Source: an uncultured Verrucomicrobiota bacterium (lineage in GTDB: Bacteria; Verrucomicrobiota; Kiritimatiellia; SLOV01). Taken from it: 35,145 nucleotides of DNA. Positions 8,640 to 17,570 of this stretch are shown one piece after another. The position numbers and the translations under genes were made by a program. Each line of letters opens with the position of its first letter. Positions within the stretch are counted from its first letter, which is position 1. The notes below the pieces were generated by a model. That model was not told where the DNA came from. It did no database searches and worked only from the letters and a program-made list of their open reading frames with translations. The stretch covers positions 1-35,145 of the forward strand of contig CAZTAB010000145.1 of NCBI GenBank assembly GCA_964611475.1. Direction: 5' to 3'.

Positions 8640-9524
8640 ATGATTACGAACGCGCAGCTTACGCAGTATGACGAGGAGGGGGCGGTAACCATCGACAGCC
8701 CCCTGACGACCCGGGAGTTAGACCGGGCGGAGGCAGCCTGGGACCGGTTGATAGAGAATGGCGGCATCCCCTGGGAAGACCCCGGCTACGTGGATGTGAT
8801 ACAGCACCCGTACTTCGAGGAGGTTGCAAAAAAGGTTCTGCGCGCTGAGAAAGTGCACCTCTGGTGGGGCCTTTATCCGCATGAACGCCCGCCCTCCCCT
8901 CCGCCGTATGGCAGCGCCCGGGAACAATGGTCGGGAAACCTGCACGTCGACATTCAGGCCACGCTGGAGGATTTCGAGGCGACGCCCCGGCGCAGGCGGG
9001 CGGAACTGTGGTTCTGGCTCAATGAAGTGCCCGCGCATCGGGGCGCAATGCGCGTGCTTCCGGGCAGCCATCGCCCCATCATGGAACACTGGAGCCGGAC
9101 CCTCCTGCACGGTCACAAGAAGGAATGTCCCCGCGTGCATGGCCTGCGCCCGCCGCCCGTGCCGGAAGGAGCCAATGCTTATCCGGAGCACATTCCCGAT
9201 CTGTGGGAAAAGCCGTGGATCGAATACGAACCGACGCCGCAGGTCGCGCGACGCGGCCAAATCCTGCTGGTCTGCACGGCCGGTCTTCATTCCGCATGGC
9301 AAAATGAGGATTCGGTGCCGCGCAAGGCCTTGGCAACCTCGTGGATTGCGGGCGGCGTGTCGGGCGGGTTGCCCGGGAACCAGCTGGAGGACATGAAGAG
9401 GTTCTTCCCGGAACTGAAACGAAAACTACGCCCAGAGCGGGCCCACATCATTTCGGACGACTTCGACTGGGCCATTGAAACGAATTACGAACCGAAGTGG
9501 GAAGAAACCACTCTTCCAACCTAG
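8640..9524 (+). CDS. PhyH family Fe(II)/2-oxoglutarate oxygenase, paralog 3
   Basis: Start taken at ATG 8640 (MITNAQLTQYDEEGAVTI, a typical PhyH N-terminus). The Arg/Pro-rich 67-aa upstream extension in the track is rejected. H-V-D in NLHVDIQ, MRVLPGSH, and distal His in GLHSAWQN plus Arg. Confidence 0.85.
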   Translation: MITNAQLTQYDEEGAVTIDSPLTTRELDRAEAAWDRLIENGGIPWEDPGYVDVIQHPYFEEVAKKVLRAEKVHLWWGLYPHERPPSPPPYGSAREQWSGNLHVDIQATLEDFEATPRRRRAELWFWLNEVPAHRGAMRVLPGSHRPIMEHWSRTLLHGHKKECPRVHGLRPPPVPEGANAYPEHIPDLWEKPWIEYEPTPQVARRGQILLVCTAGLHSAWQNEDSVPRKALATSWIAGGVSGGLPGNQLEDMKRFFPELKRKLRPERAHIISDDFDWAIETNYEPKWEETTLPT

Positions 9525-9609
9525 CACACCGGCGTGCCGCACCCGCGCATGAAACACCTTCGCAAACTCTGCATACTGTATGGCAGATTCCGCGGAGCCC
9601 GGGGGACCT

Positions 9610-10899
9610 CTAAAAAAGAAGCGCTCCCCGGCCGTAGAAAACGCCGGCGACTGCCGCCGTCATCATGCACGCCAATGTTGCTGCCAAGAGCGCGCGCAGG
9701 GAAATGCTCGCTAGTGCGGCCTGGCGTCCGGGGACAAGCGCGGCAATGCCCCCGACAAAAATCGCGACCGCGGGCACATGGGCGAACCCGCACAGCGCGT
9801 AACTGGCAATGACCGCGCTGCGCCGATGTTCCAGGGAGCCCGCCACGATCAATTCACTCAGCGCCTGGTAGGCAGGAACTTCCGTTAGTATCACCCGTTG
9901 TCCGAGGAGGCGAGCCACCTCGAACGCGTCCGAAATCGGCACACCGATCAATAAAGTCAGTGGATAAAAGACGATGGCAAGAACATCTTCCAGCCGGAAC
10001 GCGACCGGCTGACCGGTCCAGCGCGAGAGAAGAATGCTGACGCCGTCGAAGCCCAGATTGATCAGTTCGACGAGCCCGAGAAATGCCAGAAGCATGACGA
10101 CAATCCCCACCACCAGCTTGCCCCCGGCCCCCGCGCCCCGCATCAACGCATCCATGAGGTTAGCCGGGCGGTCATAGTGCGGTTCGGCCTCCCTGCCAAG
10201 CGTCTCGGGCTTTTCACGTTCCGGCAGCAAAAGCTTCGACATGACCAGCGCCGCGGGCGCCGAAAGCAAAGACGCCGAGATCAGATGGCCGGCGATATTC
10301 GGCAGGCTCGATTGCAGGAAAAGGACGTACAGCGCGAGCACACTCGACGCCACCGTCGCCATGCCTGCCGTCAGAACGGTGCAGAGTTCAGAACGCGTCA
10401 TTCGACTCAGGTACGGGAGAATCGTGGTTGCGGACTCGATTCCCACGAAGATATTGCTCGCGGCGCAGAGGGACTCCGCACCGCTGGTTCCCATGCTCCG
10501 CGTAAAAAACCGGGCGCAGCCTCGAATCAGCAGAGGCATGATCCCGAAAAAATAGAGGATCTCCATCAACGCAGCGACGAACACGACGACCGGCAACGCC
10601 TGCACCAGCAGGATAAACCCGATGGAACCTTCCTCTCCGGCGGGAATCGCCAGGGGCCCAAACAGGAAGACAATGCCCGCGTTGGCGGCGCCCAGCATGC
10701 GGACAACCAACTCGCTGAACATCAGGAGCGCGTCAGACCCGAACGGTACAAGAAAAACCAGAACTCCGAAAACCAGCTGAATCCCAAGGCCGGATCCGAT
10801 CGTCCGCCACCGGACGGATGACCGGGCACTGGAGAAACCCCACCCCAGGGCGACCAGGAGGAAGAGTCCCGCAAGACTGACGAGGTTGTAGACGTTCAT
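9610..10899 (-). CDS. nupC: Concentrative nucleoside transporter, NupC/CNT family
   Basis: 429-aa polytopic membrane protein collinear with E. coli NupC as recalled (N-terminal TM, FVFG-like block, C-terminal CGFAH..AIFVGG...P.R motif). GGGGGAGGA SD upstream of the ATG. Confidence 0.92.
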   Translation of the reverse strand: MNVYNLVSLAGLFLLVALGWGFSSARSSVRWRTIGSGLGIQLVFGVLVFLVPFGSDALLMFSELVVRMLGAANAGIVFLFGPLAIPAGEEGSIGFILLVQALPVVVFVAALMEILYFFGIMPLLIRGCARFFTRSMGTSGAESLCAASNIFVGIESATTILPYLSRMTRSELCTVLTAGMATVASSVLALYVLFLQSSLPNIAGHLISASLLSAPAALVMSKLLLPEREKPETLGREAEPHYDRPANLMDALMRGAGAGGKLVVGIVVMLLAFLGLVELINLGFDGVSILLSRWTGQPVAFRLEDVLAIVFYPLTLLIGVPISDAFEVARLLGQRVILTEVPAYQALSELIVAGSLEHRRSAVIASYALCGFAHVPAVAIFVGGIAALVPGRQAALASISLRALLAATLACMMTAAVAGVFYGRGALLF

Positions 10900-10914
10900 T
10901 CCTCCCCCGGCGCT

Positions 10915-11028
10915 TCAGAATTCCTTTGAGAGGTGGGCGTGCATCTGCGGAAACGGGATGTCAATATCGACCTCGTCGAGGTGGTTTTTCACCGTGACAA
11001 TCAGTGACGCTGCGACGGGGTGTCTCAT
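10915..11028 (-). pseudogene. 37-codon remnant matching the extreme C-terminus of an MscS-family mechanosensitive channel
   Basis: MRHPVAASLIVTVKNHLDEVDIDIPFPQMHAHLSKEF aligns with the E. coli MscS tail [28 protein letters not shown] (K, D, I, P-F/Y-P-Q-M conserved). No channel body is recognisable in any frame upstream. GGAGGAGG sits just 5' of its ATG, so it could still be translated as a micro-ORF. Confidence 0.45.
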
Positions 11029-11270
11029 GCCTCCTCCTTGTACTGTTGACGGCCGCCTCAAGCCACCGGGAACATGGGGTCCCCTTCCCCCACGCGCGGG
11101 GACAAGTGTGCGGCATCCACCCGGAAAACGCAAGCGCACCATGGCCCCGGGATGCGTCGGCAAGAGGGAAACGGAAAATACCACGCGGTATAACAGACAA
11201 TGCCTCGGCCCGGGTCGCGCCTCCCGTTGCAACAGGAAGCCAGCGGAAGGGAATCGACAAACCGGGTTCG

Positions 11271-12665
11271 ATGGGGGAGAAGGAAGCAGTGAGTAACGAT
11301 TGCTTTGATGTTGCGGTGATTGGCGGGGGAGTTGTCGGGTGCGCAATCGCTCGGAAGCTTTCACACTACCAGCTCGCTGTCTGCCTGATCGAGGGACAAC
11401 CCGATGTAGGGATGGGCACGTCAAAGGCGAACACCGCGATCCTTCATACCGGTTTCGATGCCACGCCCGGATCTCTTGAGGCGACGCTCCTGCGAAGAAG
11501 CTATCCGCTCCTACGAGCGTATTGCGACGAAACGGGCATCGCGTACCGGACCAACGGCGCCCTCATGGTTGCCTGGAACCAGGACCAACTCGCCCGCCTC
11601 CCCGGCATAGAAGAAAACGCGCGACGCAACGGGGTCTCCGGAATCGAAAGACAAACACCGGAGCAGGTCCACTCCCTTGAACCAAACCTGGCCGCCGATG
11701 CGCTGGGTGGCCTGCTCATCCGGGACGAAGGAATCCTCTGTCCTTTCAGTCCCGTGCTTGCATTCGCGATGGAGGCAAAGTCGAACGACGTCCAATTCTT
11801 TCTCGGGTCTCACGACCGGGCCATCCGAAGAGAGTTGCACCGCCACTATATCGAAACCGACCGCCAAGGTATCGAGGCCCGGTGGGTGGTAAACGCAGCA
11901 GGACTTTTCAGCGACGAGATCGACCGGCTGCTGGGGAAATCGCGCTTCCGCGTGCACCCGCGCAGGGGAGAACTCATCGTTTTCGACAAGTTCGCTTCGG
12001 CTCTTCTGCGACACACGATCCTTCCCATCCCATCGGAAAAAACCAAGGGGGTTCTGGTGTGCCCCACGGTATACGGAAACGTTCTGCTGGGCCCCACCGC
12101 CGAGGACATTGACGAAAAGGAGAACACGGAAACATCAGGGGCGGGCCTTGCATCCCTGCTCGAACGGGGCGCGTTCATTCTGCCCGGCTTGATGTCGGAG
12201 GAAGTCACCTCAACCTACGCGGGCCTGCGCGCGGCCACGGAGCAGAAGGACTACCAGATCTTCATCGACGCGGCGGACGGCTACGCCTGCGTGGGAGGAA
12301 TCCGGTCCACCGGTCTCTCCGCCTCCATGGGCATCGCGGAGTACGTTGCAGAAAGCCTGGAACACGGCGGGCTTCAACTTCAGCCGAAACCCGAGGTCGA
12401 GCAGGTAAGAATGCCGCCCTTGGGAGAACATCAACTACGGCCGTATCGGAACAACTCCCTGATCCGCATGAACACGGAATACGGGCGCATCGTCTGCCAC
12501 TGTGAAAAAGTCACGCGGGGCGAGTTGTTCGACGTGTTTCTCACCGAACTGCCCCCGGCAAACCTGGATGGACTACGCCGCCGGACACGGTGCATGCAGG
12601 GGCGATGCCAAGGCTTTTTCTGCCAGGCCGAGATCGACGCCCTGCTTCGGGGACAAGCGTCATGA
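11271..12665 (+). CDS. FAD-dependent oxidoreductase (GlpA / LhgO-like, DAO fold) with C-terminal BFD-like [2Fe-2S]-binding domain
   Basis: DVAVIGGGVVGCAIARKL dinucleotide motif about 12 aa after ATG 11271 (alternative GTG at 11289). C-terminal IVCHCEKVTRGEL...RCMQGRCQGFFC Cys pattern of a BFD-like domain. The track's 11004 start is rejected. Confidence 0.88.
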   Translation: MGEKEAVSNDCFDVAVIGGGVVGCAIARKLSHYQLAVCLIEGQPDVGMGTSKANTAILHTGFDATPGSLEATLLRRSYPLLRAYCDETGIAYRTNGALMVAWNQDQLARLPGIEENARRNGVSGIERQTPEQVHSLEPNLAADALGGLLIRDEGILCPFSPVLAFAMEAKSNDVQFFLGSHDRAIRRELHRHYIETDRQGIEARWVVNAAGLFSDEIDRLLGKSRFRVHPRRGELIVFDKFASALLRHTILPIPSEKTKGVLVCPTVYGNVLLGPTAEDIDEKENTETSGAGLASLLERGAFILPGLMSEEVTSTYAGLRAATEQKDYQIFIDAADGYACVGGIRSTGLSASMGIAEYVAESLEHGGLQLQPKPEVEQVRMPPLGEHQLRPYRNNSLIRMNTEYGRIVCHCEKVTRGELFDVFLTELPPANLDGLRRRTRCMQGRCQGFFCQAEIDALLRGQAS

Positions 12666-13921
12666 ACGGGTTCACCGAAGTCGATGTGATTGTGATCGGC
12701 GGCGGACCGGCGGGCCTCGCGGCGGCAACCCGGCTACGCGAGCTCGGAACGAAACGTGTGCTCGTGATCGAGCGAGAAGGCGAGCCCGGTGGAATCCCCC
12801 GGTCCTGCCATCACACCGGCTTTGGCTGGTTCGACCTGCGGCGTATCCTGTCCGGCCCCCGGTACGCCACATTGCATGCGAAACGCGCCCTTGATGCCGG
12901 CGCGAGCATCGAAACGCACACCACCGCAATCAGCTGGAGCGAGCCCGGCTCGATCAGGCACGTGACCGTTACCGGACCCGGCGGGACACGCGACATTGCT
13001 GCCCGCGCCGTGCTCCTGGCCACCGGATGCCGGGAAAGACCCCGGACAGCGCGCCTGGTCCCCGGAGGCCGCCCACGCGGGGTGCATACAACAGGATCCT
13101 TGCAGCACGCGGTTCATGGATATCACCAAACGCCCGGTTCGACGGCAGTCGTGGTGGGCGCCGAGCATGTCAGCTACTCGGCGGTCATGACGCTCCGCGA
13201 ATCCGGCGTGGAGGTAAAGGCTCTGGTCACCCCCCACCCGGTCACCCAGACGTTCGGTCTCGCCCACTGGTGGATTGCCGGACGAAACCGGATTCCACTT
13301 CACACCGAAGCTCGCGTGACCCGGATTGTTGGACGAGACCGCGTGTCCGCCATTGAATACCAGGTCCATGACACCCCCCGGAAAATCGACTGCGATACGG
13401 TTGTATTCACCGGCGACTGGATTCCGGACCACGAATTCTGCCGCATCGGCGGCGTGCCATTGAATCCCCACACCAGGGGGCCCGCGATCGACCAGGCGTT
13501 GCGAACGGAAACCCCGGGCGTGTTTGCCTGCGGAAACCTCCTTCGAGGCGCGGAAACTGCGGACTCAGCATCTCTCGAGGGCAGGCACGCCGCGCAATCC
13601 ATTCACTCGCTCCTTTCCGGAAAAGGCTCATGGCCGGAAATGGAAGAGGCCACACCGGTGGAGGTTCGGGACCCCGTGCAATGGGTCTGCCCAAACCGGA
13701 TATCCGGAAGCCGGCAGGCTCCGGCCCGAGGCCGACTCACGTTTCGCGTCGGTTGCGTACAACCGGCAGGTGACGTCGTGGTCGTCCAGGGAACCGAGAC
13801 GCTGGCCAGGATCTCTTTTCGGAAAATGATTCCGAATCGGGCGTACTCCATTCGATGGGACAAGTGGGCTTGCCAGGTTCAAGCAGGAGTTCCTGTCGTC
13901 ATCGGCTTTGATCCAAGCTGA
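12662..13921 (+). CDS. NAD(P)/FAD-dependent pyridine nucleotide-disulfide-type oxidoreductase, partner of the preceding flavoprotein
   Basis: ATGA start/stop overlap at 12662-12665. VDVIVIGGGPAGLAAA FAD motif, a second Rossmann motif (AVVVGAEHVSYSA) and the GVFACGN motif. The C-terminal 90 aa or so have no motif I recognise. Confidence 0.85.
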   Translation: MNGFTEVDVIVIGGGPAGLAAATRLRELGTKRVLVIEREGEPGGIPRSCHHTGFGWFDLRRILSGPRYATLHAKRALDAGASIETHTTAISWSEPGSIRHVTVTGPGGTRDIAARAVLLATGCRERPRTARLVPGGRPRGVHTTGSLQHAVHGYHQTPGSTAVVVGAEHVSYSAVMTLRESGVEVKALVTPHPVTQTFGLAHWWIAGRNRIPLHTEARVTRIVGRDRVSAIEYQVHDTPRKIDCDTVVFTGDWIPDHEFCRIGGVPLNPHTRGPAIDQALRTETPGVFACGNLLRGAETADSASLEGRHAAQSIHSLLSGKGSWPEMEEATPVEVRDPVQWVCPNRISGSRQAPARGRLTFRVGCVQPAGDVVVVQGTETLARISFRKMIPNRAYSIRWDKWACQVQAGVPVVIGFDPS

Positions 13922-14229
13922 AAAACTCAACCCAGGGCGAACCCGGACTTGCGAAGAACCACAACGACTTGTGGGCCCGGATCAACACATCCCCGTTGCC
14001 GATGACCACGCTTCCGTTGGTATGCTCGCCGGCGAAATTCCAGGCTCTCGGGAAGCCGGACGCTCCACCGAACATACCCGTCCGGGGCCGATCCCGACCA
14101 GGTCCGGTCAACCAGTCATGTTGAAAATGTATGGTTGAAGACACCGGCGGGTTCTGTTTAGAAAGAAAAGGCCATGTCGGCTTCAGCGCGACATGAAACA
14201 TTGAAGCTCACCAGCACGGTGCACAAGAG

Positions 14230-17172
14230 ATGAGGAGCCAAGCTTTGAACCCAGGGACAGCCCGCCGCCGGACACTGCTCGCGGCGGCAGGCCTCTTGTT
14301 GAGCGCCACCGGCGCATGCGCACTGAAACCACCGAACATCATCTTTATTCTCGCCGATGACCTGGGGTACGGCGATCTCGGCTGCTTTCACCAGGACACG
14401 AAACCGGCGCCCCGGTTCGATACGCCACAGATCGACGCGCTGGCGGCGGACGGCATTCGCTTGACGCACCATTACGCAGCCTCCCCGGTCTGCGCGCCGT
14501 CCCGGGCATCCTTCCTCCTGGGCCGCCACCAGGGGCATTGTTCACTCCGGGCGAACCTGCTTTACGTCCCCCTCGAGGACAACCTGACCTTGGCCCGAAT
14601 GCTCAAGCAGTGCGGGTACTTCACGGCACACCTGGGAAAGTACGGGATCGCGGGGAAAAAGGCGGCGAAAACCCATCCCGGTCATCCAAACCACAGGGGC
14701 TTCGACTATTTCCTCGGCTACCTCTTCCACGGCGACCCCAACGAGCATTACCCCCGAAACGGAACGACGGAAGTCGGGGCCTTCGTGTACGAAAATGACA
14801 GAAAGATCCAGGACGCCTGGGTCGACGTCTATACGCCCGACCTGTGGACATCCCGGGCCAAGAAGCTGATCGTTGACGAGACGAGGCGAAATCCGGACCG
14901 GCCGTTCTTTCTTTACCTCGCCTACGACACGCCGCACCGGAAACTGCAGGCCCCGCCCGCGCCCTACCCTGCCGGCGGCGGACTGCGGGGCGGGCTGCAA
15001 TGGACCGGCCCGCCCGGCTACTGCAACACGGCGACGAATGAGTCGGAGAATATCGACGCGTGGTTTCACCCGGACATCGCAACTGAAAACTGGCCGGTGA
15101 ACAGCAAGCGACATGCGGCGATGGTCCGCCGGATCGACTCCGGCGTCGGCGACCTGGTGCAGACCCTCAAGGAGCTGGGGATCGACAGGAATACGCTGAT
15201 CGTTTTCACCTCCGACAACGGTCCCCACTCCGAAGGCGGGCAGAATCCGCGATTCTTTGAGTCGTACGGAGGGATGGACGGGGTTAAGCGCGACCTCTGG
15301 GAGGCCGGGATCCGGGTGCCCACGGTGGCCTGGTGGCCGGGCGGGATCGCCCCGGGGACCGAATCGGCCTTTCCGTCGGGACTTTGGGACTGGATGCCCA
15401 CGTTCGCCGAACTCGCAAACGCCGCACCACCGGCCTGGAGCGACGGCGTTTCCCTGGTTCCCACGCTGACCGGCAATAGCAGGCAGCGACAGCGGAAACA
15501 CCTCTACTTCGAGTTCAAGGGCCCGCTCTCCACACCGAACTGGACGGAGTTCGAACTCTCGCGGCGTAACCGCCCGCGCGGCGAAATGCAAGCCGTCCGT
15601 ATCGGCAATTTCATCGGGGTCCGGACAGAAGTCGCAACCGCCCGAGACCGGTTCGAAATCTATGACGTAGTCCAGGACCCGAAACAAACCGTCAATCTCG
15701 ATGGATCCTCGGACCGTTTCCACCGGCTGCAGCTAGATATGCAGAATTTCGCCATGCGTTCGCGACGCCCCAACGACCAGACGGCGCGGCCGTATGACAG
15801 CGCGGCCCTCCCGCCGGTGGGAACCCCTGCGCAACCCGGGTTGAATCTCTCGGTCTTTGAAGGCTCCTGGCCATGGACCCCCGACTTCGATGCACTTCTG
15901 GCCTCCCGCACCGGAGTCGTGGAAAACATTGAGGCCATCCCGGGCTCCGGCATGGCCTACACCGGATATATTCATGTGCCGGAGGAAGGCAGCTACACCT
16001 TCTTCCTGCAATCCGGCGCCGGCGCGATTCTTTGGATCCATGACCGGCGGATCATCGAGGACGACTACCACCACGACGGCACGGTGAAATCCGCGGCCGT
16101 GAAACTGAAAGCCGGGCTCCACCCGATCCGCCTGTTTGCCCGCCCCGCTCCCGCGCGGCGAAACCTCACCCTGCAGTACCAAGGTCCCGCCTTGCCAAAA
16201 CAAACAGTTCCCGACAGCGCATTCTTCCGGGAAGACCCCGCCGGGGCGCGGATGCTGGCACTCGACGACAGCGAGGCCATGCGCCAGGGCGGATCCGTAG
16301 AGATCGATGTCATCGGAAACGATTTTCACCAAGACGGACTCTCCCGCCTGGACATCGCGCGCGTCGGCGATACGGGCCACGGCCACGTGCTGGTGGAGCG
16401 GGGCGTGGTTCAGTACACGCCGCACAAATCCTTCATCGGGGAGGACCGGTTTGAATACGAGATTACTGACGGCGCCGAAACCGCGACCGCCGCGGTTGCG
16501 GTAACGGTCTATTCTTTCGACCCCAATGCAATCCATCTTCCCTTCGACGAATCAAGCGGGTACGTCGCCGCAGAATCGGGAGGTCGGAAGCTCGGGGCCC
16601 TGCACGCATTTGCCGACGCAACCCTGTCGTGGACCGAGGGCCGGATCGGCAACGCCCTTCTCTTTGACGGTCAATTCCGGCGCGTCGCCCTGGACCCTTC
16701 CTATGTTCCCCCGATCGGCGAGGAGGACCGGACGGTTTCCTGCTGGATCAAGACCCTTCGAGGCGGAGTCATAGCGGCCTGGGGCGCACCCAAATTCCGC
16801 CCCCACTCCAAGTGGCATTGGCGTGTGGACGGCGGTTCGAACGGGACCGGCGCGTTGCGGCTGCAGGTCCGGGACGGGAACATTTCGGGCAGCATGGATT
16901 TACGCGACTTCCAATGGCATCACGTCGCGATCGTATTCGAAAACAGCGGAGAGTCCGACATCAGGGACTGCAGATTCTACGTGGACGGCAGACCGGATCC
17001 CATCGCGAGCTCGAAACCGGGGAAAATCAACACCACCCTCTCCCCCGTGCAGATCGGCGGAGACCTGAACCGCCCCTCGTTCAATGGGTTCATCGATGAT
17101 TTTCGAATCTATCGGCGAGCGCTGGGCGAAAAGGAGATCGGCGAACAGTTCGCAGCCGCCCCCCCGGGCTGA
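14230..17172 (+). CDS. Tat-signal S1 (formylglycine, Cys-type) sulfatase fused to PA14, Ig/cadherin-like and LamG/concanavalin-like lectin domains
   Basis: N-terminus has the twin-arginine motif ARRRTLLAAAGLLLSATGACA|L. Sulfatase signatures are IIFILADDLGYGDLGCF and CAPSRASFLLGRH (CxPSR). The PA14-like block is GYIHVPEEGSYTFFLQSGAGAILWIHDRRI...LQYQGP. The Ig/cadherin-like block is VEIDVIGNDF...VQYTPHKSFIGEDRFEYEITDG. The LamG-like tail is GNALLFDG...WHHVAIVF...FYVDGRP...GFIDDFRIYRRAL. Confidence 0.93.
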   Translation: MRSQALNPGTARRRTLLAAAGLLLSATGACALKPPNIIFILADDLGYGDLGCFHQDTKPAPRFDTPQIDALAADGIRLTHHYAASPVCAPSRASFLLGRHQGHCSLRANLLYVPLEDNLTLARMLKQCGYFTAHLGKYGIAGKKAAKTHPGHPNHRGFDYFLGYLFHGDPNEHYPRNGTTEVGAFVYENDRKIQDAWVDVYTPDLWTSRAKKLIVDETRRNPDRPFFLYLAYDTPHRKLQAPPAPYPAGGGLRGGLQWTGPPGYCNTATNESENIDAWFHPDIATENWPVNSKRHAAMVRRIDSGVGDLVQTLKELGIDRNTLIVFTSDNGPHSEGGQNPRFFESYGGMDGVKRDLWEAGIRVPTVAWWPGGIAPGTESAFPSGLWDWMPTFAELANAAPPAWSDGVSLVPTLTGNSRQRQRKHLYFEFKGPLSTPNWTEFELSRRNRPRGEMQAVRIGNFIGVRTEVATARDRFEIYDVVQDPKQTVNLDGSSDRFHRLQLDMQNFAMRSRRPNDQTARPYDSAALPPVGTPAQPGLNLSVFEGSWPWTPDFDALLASRTGVVENIEAIPGSGMAYTGYIHVPEEGSYTFFLQSGAGAILWIHDRRIIEDDYHHDGTVKSAAVKLKAGLHPIRLFARPAPARRNLTLQYQGPALPKQTVPDSAFFREDPAGARMLALDDSEAMRQGGSVEIDVIGNDFHQDGLSRLDIARVGDTGHGHVLVERGVVQYTPHKSFIGEDRFEYEITDGAETATAAVAVTVYSFDPNAIHLPFDESSGYVAAESGGRKLGALHAFADATLSWTEGRIGNALLFDGQFRRVALDPSYVPPIGEEDRTVSCWIKTLRGGVIAAWGAPKFRPHSKWHWRVDGGSNGTGALRLQVRDGNISGSMDLRDFQWHHVAIVFENSGESDIRDCRFYVDGRPDPIASSKPGKINTTLSPVQIGGDLNRPSFNGFIDDFRIYRRALGEKEIGEQFAAAPPG

Positions 17173-17570
17173 TGATACGGGCGGCAGGTTTCGCGGAACG
17201 GTGGGTTGGGGACAAAACGTTGCGCCGGCCAGACCGGCCACGGTCGACACCGGATGTCCCGCACCGGGGCGCCGCCCTCGATGGCCAGTCCTCCTGTTCG
17301 CGCCTCTGGCATGCCTCATTCTGTACTGTGACGCCTTGAGGAGGCAAGTTCCCAACCCCGCAACGTCGACACGCCGTTTCGGGACCACCCTCAATCAGGG
17401 GTTTTTTTCGGAAGGGCGAATAGGCCAGAAATTGCCATCCGCTTGGCGGCATCGGCGGGATCAGGAAATTTCATCGTCCAGGGATTCTCCGTACGGACAA
17501 GGGGGGAATGCCCCTTGCATCCACTCTCTTCTTGACACGTGTGGCACCGGGCTGCGATTGCCTACGGGCC

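Noticed and set aside
13956-14075. Minus-strand segment FAGEHTNGSVVIGNGDVLIRAHKSLWFF, reminiscent of the H-X9-DG C-terminus of PVC prepilin-like (DUF1559) proteins.
   Set aside because: The motif reads H-X9-GD rather than H-X9-DG, needs gaps to align, and has no N-terminal prepilin segment upstream. The evidence is too weak for a relic call.
17387-17408. A GGGG + T7 run that looks like an intrinsic terminator 215 nt downstream of the sulfatase.
   Set aside because: The preceding stem is only about 4 bp (ACCC/GGGT around a 7-nt loop), so the call is not supportable from sequence alone. The nearby 7-bp hairpins at 17498-17517 (CAAGGGG/CCCCTTG) and 14173-14195 (CATGTCG/CGACATG) are real structures, but I could assign them no function.
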